Position numbers and translations under genes: made by a program. Source: a bacterium (lineage in GTDB: Bacteria; Zhuqueibacterota; Zhuqueibacteria; Zhuqueibacterales; Zhuqueibacteraceae). From it: a stretch of DNA of 14,444 nucleotides. Positions within the stretch are counted from its first letter, which is position 1, and each line of letters begins with the position of its first letter. Positions 7,714 through 14,444 of this stretch are shown piece after piece. Below the pieces are notes generated by a model, which saw only the letters and a list, made by a program, of their open reading frames with translations, ran no database searches and was not told where the DNA came from. The stretch is from positions 1 to 14,444 of the forward strand of contig JBIOXB010000081.1 in the NCBI GenBank assembly GCA_044869275.1, read 5' to 3'.

Positions 7714-9213
7714 TCAACGCTCTCGACGCGGTGAAGCTCTTGACTCCGCTTCCAGCGCCAGCGCAAGTTCGCAGACGCCGCGCCGGATTTCAGCCGCTTC
7801 CACTGCGGCAAATCCCAGCTGCAATCCCTCTCGCGCCATACCTCCACGGCTGTAGCGGCGCAGTGGTGTCACTTCCACATCTCGCGCAGCCGCAGCCTTT
7901 GCCGCCGGCTCCGCAGTAATGCCATCGCGCAACCATCCTACCGTTTGCAGTCCGGCTTCTACGTTTGAGATTTCCAGCAATCCCGCCAGCCTTTGCTGCG
8001 CGCTTTCCATGAGAACCGACAAGCGCTCGGCATACACTTCTCGCATGCGACGGAGGTGACGCCCGAAATGCCCCTCGACGATGAAGTCGCACAGCACGGC
8101 CTGTTCCAGCAGCGGCGCATGCCGGCGGGTCACTGATATCGTGGCCGCGAAATAGGGCACCAGATCCGGCGGAATCACCAGATATCCGAGCCGAAGTGAG
8201 GGGAACAGCACTTTGTTGAAGCTTCCGGCAAAGAGCACCTGCGCGTTGCGATCGAGTCCCTGCAACGCCGGCATTGGCCGGCCCGAATAGCGATACTCGC
8301 TGTCGTAGTCGTCTTCAAAGATCGGAGCACCCGACCTGCGCGCCCACTCCAGCAGCTCCAGACGCCGCCGCAGGCTCATGGTGATGCCCAGCGGAAACTG
8401 ATGCCCCGGAGTCACATAGACCAGCCGTGCGCCTCGCAAGCTCGTTTCCCGCAGTTCCATGCCTTCACCATCCAAGGGCACGGCAGAGAGGCTTGCGCCG
8501 ATGGCCTCGAATGCCTTGGCTGCGCCCGGATATCCCGGATTCTCCATGCACACCCGATCTCCGGGATTGATAAGAAGCCGCGCCACCAGGTCGAGCGCTT
8601 CCTGCACACCGGAGACAATCGCGACTTGCTGAGGGCCGCACTTCACGCCGCGAGAGGTGCTCAGGTAATCGGCTATCGCCTCCTGCAGCGGACGGTGTCC
8701 CATCGGCTCGCAACCGCGCAGCAGGCTCATCGAGGCGCACCGCAAACGGCGAGCTGTGATTTGCGCCCATAACTGCGTGGGGAAGAGGTTCAACGCTGGC
8801 AGGTTGGCGCGAAAGGCCCGGGGAGGCCGGGGTTCTAGGCCTGAGAACAGCGTTGCGCGCCTGCCGTAATCCGAGACGCTGCGACGCTGTTTCCGTCGCG
8901 TTGAGGATTGTGCCCTAACTTCACGCGTTACCTGAAGCAATTCTTCGGGCAAAATTTTGCTCACATACGTGCCGGATCCCACACTGCCGTCCACGTAGCC
9001 TTCTGACTTGAGCTGCTCGAAAGCGTTGACAATCGTTCCGCGCGACAGGCGATACTGGCTGGCGAGATCACGCGTGCCGGGAATCCGCGCTCCGGGACGC
9101 AGCCGGCCCTCTATAATTTCAGTACGCAAAGCTTTGTACAGCCAGCGATGCGCGGGTGTTCCCGATTCCCGCAAGGGCAGCGTCAGCTCGAAGACGGCCG
9201 TTCGTTTCGCCAT
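7714..9213 (-). CDS. MocR/GabR family transcriptional regulator (GntR wHTH plus PLP-dependent aminotransferase domain)
   Basis: N-terminal LRPGARIPGTRDLA...SRGTIVNAFEQLKSEGYV; TPGHQFPLG, EDDYDSEYRY and GSFNKVLFPSLRLG with the PLP lysine retained. Confidence 0.93.
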   Translation of the reverse strand: MAKRTAVFELTLPLRESGTPAHRWLYKALRTEIIEGRLRPGARIPGTRDLASQYRLSRGTIVNAFEQLKSEGYVDGSVGSGTYVSKILPEELLQVTREVRAQSSTRRKQRRSVSDYGRRATLFSGLEPRPPRAFRANLPALNLFPTQLWAQITARRLRCASMSLLRGCEPMGHRPLQEAIADYLSTSRGVKCGPQQVAIVSGVQEALDLVARLLINPGDRVCMENPGYPGAAKAFEAIGASLSAVPLDGEGMELRETSLRGARLVYVTPGHQFPLGITMSLRRRLELLEWARRSGAPIFEDDYDSEYRYSGRPMPALQGLDRNAQVLFAGSFNKVLFPSLRLGYLVIPPDLVPYFAATISVTRRHAPLLEQAVLCDFIVEGHFGRHLRRMREVYAERLSVLMESAQQRLAGLLEISNVEAGLQTVGWLRDGITAEPAAKAAAARDVEVTPLRRYSRGGMAREGLQLGFAAVEAAEIRRGVCELALALEAESRASPRRER

Positions 9214-9216
9214 GGC

Positions 9217-9277
9217 AAGTGGTACAGGAAGAATACGGTAAATGGCTCTTTGCGATCAGTCAACTTTTTTCTATACT
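9217..9277 (+). promoter_or_regulatory. Putative sigma70 promoter for the AhpD-family gene with candidate MocR operator repeats
   Basis: -35 TTGCGA (9250-9255), 16-bp spacer, -10 TATACT (9272-9277). Direct repeats AAGTGG (9217) and AAATGG (9240) are 23 bp apart, immediately upstream of the divergent regulator start. Confidence 0.5.
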
Positions 9278-9303
9278 GATTATGCTATGCGAAAGTTTCA
9301 AAT

Positions 9304-9338
9304 AGTAAAGCGTAATACGTAATGCGTGAAGCATAAAG
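9304..9338. repeat. Degenerate 7-bp tandem repeat (5 units)
   Basis: AGTAAAG CGTAATA CGTAATG CGTGAAG CATAAAG. Confidence 0.6.
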
Positions 9339-9344
9339 ACTCGA

Positions 9345-9457
9345 AAGACAGAAAGATGGAGGGCAGAAAAATGTTTGCGGTTTGCTGCAGACCATCATTG
9401 TAAACCTCGCTGACATGATGTCAAACACCATTTTTCTGTCCGTCATTTTTCTGTCTT
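9345..9457. repeat. 29-bp inverted repeat of paired GACAGAAAAATG units (REP/MITE-like hairpin)
   Basis: AAGACAGAAAGATGGAGGGCAGAAAAATG (9345-9373) versus reverse complement of 9429-9457, AAGACAGAAAAATGACGGACAGAAAAATG: 25/29, with three of the four mismatches G-U compatible on the + strand. Confidence 0.75.
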
Positions 9458-9502
9458 GGTTCTTGTTGAAGCCAACTTAACATAATCAAGATTGGAGCAC
9501 TC

Positions 9503-9982
9503 ATGAAAGAGCGTCTCAACTATGCGAAAGTCGCCGCTGGCGTGTACGATGCCATGGATAGCCTGGATCAGTATCTCAGCAAGTGTGGACTGGACGAATC
9601 CCTGCTTCATCTGGTTCGACTGCGTGCCTCTCAAATTAACGGCTGCGCCTATTGTTTGGATATGCACTGGAAAGATCTGCGCGCGATCGAAGAAAAGGAG
9701 CTGCGTTTGTATTCATTGGACGCCTGGCGCGAATGCCCGTACTACACCGATCGCGAGCGCGCCGCCCTGGCGTGGACCGAGGTCGTTACTTTGATCACCA
9801 ACGCTCACGTGCCCGATACGGTCTATGAAGAAGTGCGTCCGCATTTCACCGAGAAAGAACTGTCCGATTTGACTCTCGCCGTGGCCACCATCAATGCTTG
9901 GAATCGCCTGTCGATTGCGGCTCGTCTCGTACCTGGCAATTATCAGCCCGCCCAGGCACGTGAACTGAAAGCAGGCGCGTAG
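9503..9982 (+). CDS. Carboxymuconolactone decarboxylase / AhpD family protein
   Basis: LVRLRASQINGCAYCLDMH (CxxC), YTDRERAALAWTE and INAWNRL; GGAG RBS. Confidence 0.93.
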   Translation: MKERLNYAKVAAGVYDAMDSLDQYLSKCGLDESLLHLVRLRASQINGCAYCLDMHWKDLRAIEEKELRLYSLDAWRECPYYTDRERAALAWTEVVTLITNAHVPDTVYEEVRPHFTEKELSDLTLAVATINAWNRLSIAARLVPGNYQPAQARELKAGA

Positions 9983-10167
9983 ATGAAGTTAACGAAGAAA
10001 CATTCCAAGCATTAACGAAATCATGCGCCGGTCGACCTCAACCTTCTTCCATCACTTGTGATCAGTTTCGTCACATCATCGAGGCTTTACTATTGCGCCT
10101 TTCCGTACGACTTTGTCCCATTGGACGTCATTCTATTTCAAGTGAAATCTGTGCTTTTTGAGCAAAC

Positions 10168-10223
10168 AAATCCAAAATCCAAAGCTCAAAACCACTCTTG
10201 GATTTTGTGTTTTGAATTTTGAG
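10168..10223. repeat. Inverted array of 7-bp repeats between convergent genes
   Basis: AAATCCA AAATCCA AAGCTCA AAA ... TTGGATT TTGTGTT TTGAATT TTGAG. Confidence 0.6.
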
Positions 10224-10246
10224 GTTCCGGCTTGTCCGCGGTATGC

Positions 10247-10750
10247 TTATTTGGCATCACTGAGCGCAAGGGTGAATGATGCCGCTGCCGCCAGTGCTGC
10301 GACCGTTCGCACGTGATTCCACAATGTCCAACTGGCGAGGTAACCGGCCCATAAGCTGGTACTGTCGGGCGCGTGCGGTGCGATCGCTGCCAGGGTATCG
10401 TTCTTGGGTATGTTGAACGCTATCGTCACCCCGAAGCTGCCAACCAGGTAGAGCAGGCTCCCAACGAGCAAATAAACGGCGCTGGGATCATGCCATCGCA
10501 GTAGCGATGAGATGATCGCGAGCAAACATGCCGCGGCCGTTCCCAAGAAAGTCGTTAAGAACACAGGATTGATCACGGCAATGTTTATGGATTGCATAGC
10601 GGCAATGCCCTGCGCCGGAGGGAGCCGGCAAAGCGCCTTCATCACGAAAGCCGAAAAGGCAAAAAAGACCCCGGCGATCAGTCCGCAGCCGAGCGCCGCA
10701 AAAAGCGTCAAGGCGAAAAGAAGATGGTCAACAGGAATACTTGCTGACAT
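10247..10750 (-). CDS. DUF1772 / anthrone oxygenase family membrane protein
   Basis: GLIAGVFFAFSAFVMKAL, GIAAMQSIN, FNIPKND and W..WNHVRT motifs; four hydrophobic helices; GAGGAA RBS. Confidence 0.9.
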   Translation of the reverse strand: MSASIPVDHLLFALTLFAALGCGLIAGVFFAFSAFVMKALCRLPPAQGIAAMQSINIAVINPVFLTTFLGTAAACLLAIISSLLRWHDPSAVYLLVGSLLYLVGSFGVTIAFNIPKNDTLAAIAPHAPDSTSLWAGYLASWTLWNHVRTVAALAAAASFTLALSDAK

Positions 10751-10759
10751 TCAAGTTCC

Positions 10760-11725
10760 TCAGTGAGACGGTTGCGATTCCAGCGCCTTTTGAAGAGCGG
10801 AAAAATCAACCTGGTAGATGTCCAGCAGCCCATTGCCCGCCGAGCGAATTCGTGCCCTCATTTCCCCGGTGCGTTCCGGCCGGGCAAAAGCTGCGTCATG
10901 TTTGTTCCGCGAGCTGGCAAAAAACAACTGTTTTCCATCCAAGCTTAACTTGGGCGAAAATTCCATCGCTTCGGAATTGAACGGGGCCGGCAGTTTCAAC
11001 GCTTTAGTCCACTGGCCTTCCAGATGATGGCTAATCCATAAGTCCGTCTGATCAAGCGCCTCTGTGGGAGTTGCCATGAAGATGAGAAATGATTCGTCCG
11101 GAGCGATGAAAGGCTCGAATTCGTTCCCCAGTGTATTCATAGCTTCTCCGATATTCATAGCTGCCCGATATTTTCCCTCTTCCAGACGGCTGAAATAGAT
11201 GTCGGTCGCCCCTTTGCCGCCATTTCGACGAGATCCAAAATATATGCTCCCGTTGTCCGCCAGGGTGGGGTAGTATTCACTGCTTTCACTGTTGATCGGG
11301 AGTGGCAATTGCACAGGTTCGGACCATCCTCTGTCCCCCTTGTCCACTTTCCAAATGTCGAAATCGTGTTTGGGCGAATCACCAGGCTTCGCAGGCCGAT
11401 TGGAGATAAAGTACAACGCCTTTCCATCCCTGGTGAAGAACGGATCTGCATCCCAGTATTGGCCCGAGAACGGAGCGATTTCCGGTTCCGACCACGCGCT
11501 ATTGCTGTAATACGATACGAACAGCGTCCACTTGCTTAAGTCGGGCGCCATCTTCAGAAAGATCAGCATCCTGCCATCGGGGGAGAAGGCCGGATGGGAT
11601 TCGTGATCACCAGTGCTGATCACTCCTTCAGCAAAAATGCGGGGCTGGGCTTCCGCGCTCGAACGCGGCGTGAAACCGAAAAACAGGCACTGCCAAAGCA
11701 GGAGGTTGTGTAAACCGCTTCTCAT
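10760..11725 (-). CDS. Secreted PD40 (WD40-like/TolB-like) beta-propeller protein
   Basis: Signal-peptide-like MRSGLHNLLLWQCLFFGF and repeated PAFSPDG, DPFFTRDG, EPFIAPDES and SPKLSLDGK..FFASSR motifs. AAGGGA RBS before the ATG at 11725; the ORF-track extension to 12136 overlaps DoxX. Confidence 0.88.
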   Translation of the reverse strand: MRSGLHNLLLWQCLFFGFTPRSSAEAQPRIFAEGVISTGDHESHPAFSPDGRMLIFLKMAPDLSKWTLFVSYYSNSAWSEPEIAPFSGQYWDADPFFTRDGKALYFISNRPAKPGDSPKHDFDIWKVDKGDRGWSEPVQLPLPINSESSEYYPTLADNGSIYFGSRRNGGKGATDIYFSRLEEGKYRAAMNIGEAMNTLGNEFEPFIAPDESFLIFMATPTEALDQTDLWISHHLEGQWTKALKLPAPFNSEAMEFSPKLSLDGKQLFFASSRNKHDAAFARPERTGEMRARIRSAGNGLLDIYQVDFSALQKALESQPSH

Positions 11726-11748
11726 TTTGTATCCCTTGCATATTGCGT

Positions 11749-12162
11749 TCACTTTCCCCGCTTCGCATCCAGGCTCCACGGTCCCGCGCCGGCGGCTGAG
11801 AAGTAGAGCCAGACGAAGCAGTAGAGTGCAGCGCCTACGCCATTGTTCACGATTGACCAGAAGCTCTGTGGGGCGTGGAATTGAAAATACGCCACTGCCA
11901 TTTCGCCGGACAGAATAAATGCAACGGGGCGAGTGAAGAGGCCAAGAAGAAGCAGCGCACCGCCGAACGTTTCGAGGCTGCCGCCGATCCCGACCTGGGA
12001 CAGCAACTTGGCGGTGTTGCCGTCCGGGGGCATCCCCATTGGAAAGGCAAAAAGCTTCATCGTGCCGGGCTGTATGAACATGAATGCGGCCACGATACGG
12101 AGCACACTCAGCAGCCGTGGAGCGAAGGCCGGCCACTTTGCAATGAGGTTTGGTGCAGTCAT
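11749..12162 (-). CDS. DoxX family membrane protein
   Basis: LLSVLRIVAAFMF..G.MKLF, E.FGG.LLLLGLFTRPVAFILSGEMAVAYF..H and GAGPWSLD. Confidence 0.92.
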   Translation of the reverse strand: MTAPNLIAKWPAFAPRLLSVLRIVAAFMFIQPGTMKLFAFPMGMPPDGNTAKLLSQVGIGGSLETFGGALLLLGLFTRPVAFILSGEMAVAYFQFHAPQSFWSIVNNGVGAALYCFVWLYFSAAGAGPWSLDAKRGK

Positions 12163-12297
12163 GATGCGTCCTTTTCTATGGGCGATATGAAGTTATGTGA
12201 AATGCGAGCCCGGCAAGTTATGTTTCGGCCTGCGATTCAGTTTTATGTGAATTTGTCATTCTTGATCTTGCCTTTCCTTCGTTGATCAGCACAAAAA

Positions 12298-12684
12298 CTA
12301 TTCCAACACTGCATCGACTTCTATTTCAACCAAAAACTCCGGTCCGATGAGTTCCTTGACAATCACTGCCGTTGCCGCCGGCCGGATGTCGGCGAAGATT
12401 TCGCCGTGCGATTTTTGAAACCCTGCAAGGTGTTTGGCATCGGTCAAAAAGGCCCGGGTGCGCACAACATCTTTAAACTCTGCGCCCGCTTCACGAAGTG
12501 CGCGTGCGATCTTTTCAAAAATATATCGACACTGATCGTAACTGTCTTTGCCTTGTGGCCGGCCCTCGGCGTCGCTGGCCACGGTGCCCGCTACCATCAC
12601 CAGATTGTTCACGCGCACCGCACGCGAGTAGCCCACACTTTTTTCCCAGGGCGCGCCGGAGGAAATATTTTGGCGGTCTTTCAT
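12298..12684 (-). CDS. Rid (YjgF/YER057c/UK114) family protein, Arg-less subfamily
   Basis: SSGAPWE..VGYSRAVRV, DVVRTR, RPAAT and LVEIEVDA; AGGAG RBS. Confidence 0.9.
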   Translation of the reverse strand: MKDRQNISSGAPWEKSVGYSRAVRVNNLVMVAGTVASDAEGRPQGKDSYDQCRYIFEKIARALREAGAEFKDVVRTRAFLTDAKHLAGFQKSHGEIFADIRPAATAVIVKELIGPEFLVEIEVDAVLE

Positions 12685-12704
12685 AGCCCAAGCTCCTTGC
12701 TCGA

Positions 12705-13178
12705 TCAGCGCTGTTCATACGCTTGCTGCAGAGTCTTGATGTCAATCTTATCCATTTGAAGCATGGCTTGCATGACTCTGCCCGCCTTCTTCGGATCTTT
12801 GTCTTGCAGCATTTTGCCCAAAACCGTGGGGATAATTTGCCACGACACGCCAAATTTGTCTTTGAGCCAGCCGCATCTGCTTTTTTCTCCGCCCGCGGAG
12901 AGTTTCTCCCAAAAATAATCGACTTCTTTCTGCGTCTCGCAATTGACGAAGAACGAGATGGCTTCGGTGAATTTGAATTGCGGGCCGGCGTCGAAGGCAT
13001 AGAATTGTTGCCCCTCGAGCTCAAATGTGCCGGACATGACCTGGCCCTTCGGAAAAGGGCTTCCTTCTCCCCAACGGTCAATGCTCACAACCTTTGAGTT
13101 CTTAAAAATGGAGGTGTAGAAGTTGATGGCCTCTTCCGCTTTGCCATCGAACCACAAGAATGGAGTGATTTTTTGCAT
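12705..13178 (-). CDS. VOC family protein (PhnB / 3-demethylubiquinone-9 3-methyltransferase-like)
   Basis: MQKITPFLWFDGKAEEA..FY, GPQFKFTEAISFFVNC.TQ.EVDY.WEKL and CGWLKDKFGVSWQI. Confidence 0.93.
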   Translation of the reverse strand: MQKITPFLWFDGKAEEAINFYTSIFKNSKVVSIDRWGEGSPFPKGQVMSGTFELEGQQFYAFDAGPQFKFTEAISFFVNCETQKEVDYFWEKLSAGGEKSRCGWLKDKFGVSWQIIPTVLGKMLQDKDPKKAGRVMQAMLQMDKIDIKTLQQAYEQR

Positions 13179-13203
13179 GGGTGCTCTCTCTGGGTATCGC
13201 CGC

Positions 13204-13240
13204 TGATTTACGATTGCCGATTTGCGATTGTCGATTTACG
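13204..13240. repeat. 7-bp tandem repeat (5 units, CGATTNN)
   Basis: TGATTTA CGATTGC CGATTTG CGATTGT CGATTTA CG. Confidence 0.7.
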
Positions 13241-13257
13241 TTGGCGGCAAATTCTTG

Positions 13258-13713
13258 CTATTTCTCCGATAGCTCCTTTAGTTTTTGCAGCGCTTTCGGC
13301 CAAACATCTTTAAACATCTCCTCAAAGTCGCCGCCCGCTGAATCCATATCCACCAACACCTCGGTCTTGTTGCCTTTCTCTTTGAAGGTGTAATTTTCGT
13401 GCACACCGACCCATGCCTGCACCGCTTCGCTGGTGGTGTCTTCTTTGCCGTCTTGCACCATGCCGAGGTGCTCGATGGAGATATACTCATGTCGCCGGTT
13501 TTCTTTGATGCGGCTCACCATGCCTCCCATCTTGCCCGTATTCTGGTCCGGCCCGAGAAAAAGAATTTTGCTCCCTTTGCTCCAGTCACCGACATAGTGA
13601 GAACCGGGCGCAAAGGCCTCCGTCCATACGCGATAGGTTGCATCGTCGAGCATCGTGTTCCAAACCTTTTCTTTCGGCGCATGGATAACGATTGAGAAAT
13701 TCAGTTTGTGCAT
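13258..13713 (-). CDS. SRPBCC domain-containing protein
   Basis: FSIVIHAPKEKVW..M....TY..WT..F..GS...GDW..GSKI.F, ISIEHLG and ENYTF, WPKALQKLKELSE; AGGAGAGG RBS. Confidence 0.9.
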   Translation of the reverse strand: MHKLNFSIVIHAPKEKVWNTMLDDATYRVWTEAFAPGSHYVGDWSKGSKILFLGPDQNTGKMGGMVSRIKENRRHEYISIEHLGMVQDGKEDTTSEAVQAWVGVHENYTFKEKGNKTEVLVDMDSAGGDFEEMFKDVWPKALQKLKELSEK

Positions 13714-13863
13714 AGCCCTCTCCTTGATTGTTGATTGCGGCTGCTGTTCGGATTATGATTCACGCGTTTCAATCCCCTCAGAGATGTTCGCCTTGTTGCG
13801 GGACCTTGGGAGATTCGGCAACCAGCCCTGATATTGGAGCTGAATTCGAACCGATCAAGTTCC

Positions 13864-14021
13864 TGACTGTGTGAAAACGCTTGATTTCAACGCCGGCTGA
13901 GCTTGTCGAAGCCGGAGCTTTGAACTTCGCACCCTTCGACAAGCTCCCTTCGACAAGCTCCCTTCGACAAGCTCCCTTCGACAAGCTCAGGGTGCGGCAT
14001 TCTCAGGTTTTCACACAATCT
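13864..14021. mobile_element. Non-autonomous MITE-like element (158 bp) carrying REP-like palindromes
   Basis: Inverted ends GACTGTGTGAAAAC (13865-13878) and GTTTTCACACAATC (14007-14020) match 13/14. The element is flanked by the direct repeat GTTCC (13859-13863 and 14022-14026). Confidence 0.65.
13893..13996. repeat. REP-like doublet with four perfect tandem copies of a 14-bp unit
   Basis: CCGGC-TGAGCTTGTCGAA-GCCGG (13893-13915) is inverted relative to CGCA-(CCCTTCGACAAGCT)x4-CAGGGTGCG. Copies start at 13932, 13946, 13960 and 13974. Confidence 0.9.
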
Positions 14022-14062
14022 GTTCCCTACGGGACGACCTCGCAGGGATTTCGAACGGGCTC

Positions 14063-14444
14063 TCAGCCAGCCTTCTTCAAGCTTAGATAATGCTCCCGCT
14101 GTTTTTGGTCAAGGCGCTCAATGGCGTGACGCAGCGCCGTGCGCGGCATGGTGGCGGCATATTTATCCAAAAAGCTCAACAGCCTTTGGCGATCCTTTTT
14201 GCCGGCTTCACGCAGCCATCCGCCCGTAGCCTTGTGGAGCAAGTCTTCTTTGTCGTTGAGCAGTATTTCAGCAATCTTAAAGGTGTCAGCGACCTCACCT
14301 TTTCTAATGAAATAGAAGGTGCTGACAATCGCAGTACGGCGTTCCCACATATTTTTGGATCGCGCCAGCTTGTACAAAATAGCGCGCGGCTTATCGAACA
14401 AGTAGCTGCCAACGACGTAGGGAGCGCTACGGACAACCAAATCC
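14063..14444 (-). CDS. DNA alkylation repair protein (AlkD-like HEAT-repeat glycosylase family), 5' end outside window
   Basis: DLVVRSAPYVVG, WERRTAIVST, D.EDLLHKATGGWLREAGK and MPRTALRHAIE motifs; the frame is open to the window edge. Confidence 0.88.
   Translation of the reverse strand, partial: DLVVRSAPYVVGSYLFDKPRAILYKLARSKNMWERRTAIVSTFYFIRKGEVADTFKIAEILLNDKEDLLHKATGGWLREAGKKDRQRLLSFLDKYAATMPRTALRHAIERLDQKQREHYLSLKKAG

Noticed and set aside
11726..12136. 137-aa N-terminal extension of the PD40 protein in the ORF track
   Set aside because: It overlaps the well-supported DoxX gene in another frame; an RBS and signal peptide support the start at 11725.
13932..13987. CRISPR-like repeat array
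   Set aside because: The repeats are 14 bp and directly adjacent, with no spacers and no cas genes.
13778..14090. ORFs 13778..13984 (-) and 13881..14090 (+)
   Set aside because: They are translations of the repeat/MITE DNA, not plausible proteins.

Overview
Bacterial accessory region of moderate GC, with almost all genes on the minus strand. It is a run of small stress, detoxification and DNA-damage genes: a BNR/sialidase-like beta-propeller (partial, missed by the ORF track), DUF1697, YdeI/OmpD-associated, two SRPBCC proteins, DinB, a CrtO-like membrane protein, TrmO/TsaA, an ICL/PEP-mutase family enzyme, a divergent GTP cyclohydrolase II, a secreted alpha/beta hydrolase, a MocR/GabR regulator divergent from an AhpD/CMD gene, DUF1772, a PD40/TolB-like protein, DoxX, Rid, VOC/PhnB and a partial AlkD-like gene. 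Three things stand out. (i) At least four spliced gene remnants: an AlkZ-like glycosylase shortened by two apparent in-frame deletions, a frameshift-fused membrane-protein gene, a VOC C-terminus and a YciI/DGPF fragment. (ii) Several distinct REP-like or heptamer-repeat palindromes in the intergenic spaces, including a nested MITE with terminal inverted repeats and a 5-bp target-site duplication. (iii) Catalytic-residue substitutions in the GCH II, AlkD and Rid homologues. No transposase, integrase, CRISPR array or structural RNA gene was seen. Family calls come from motif recognition only; no database search was run.
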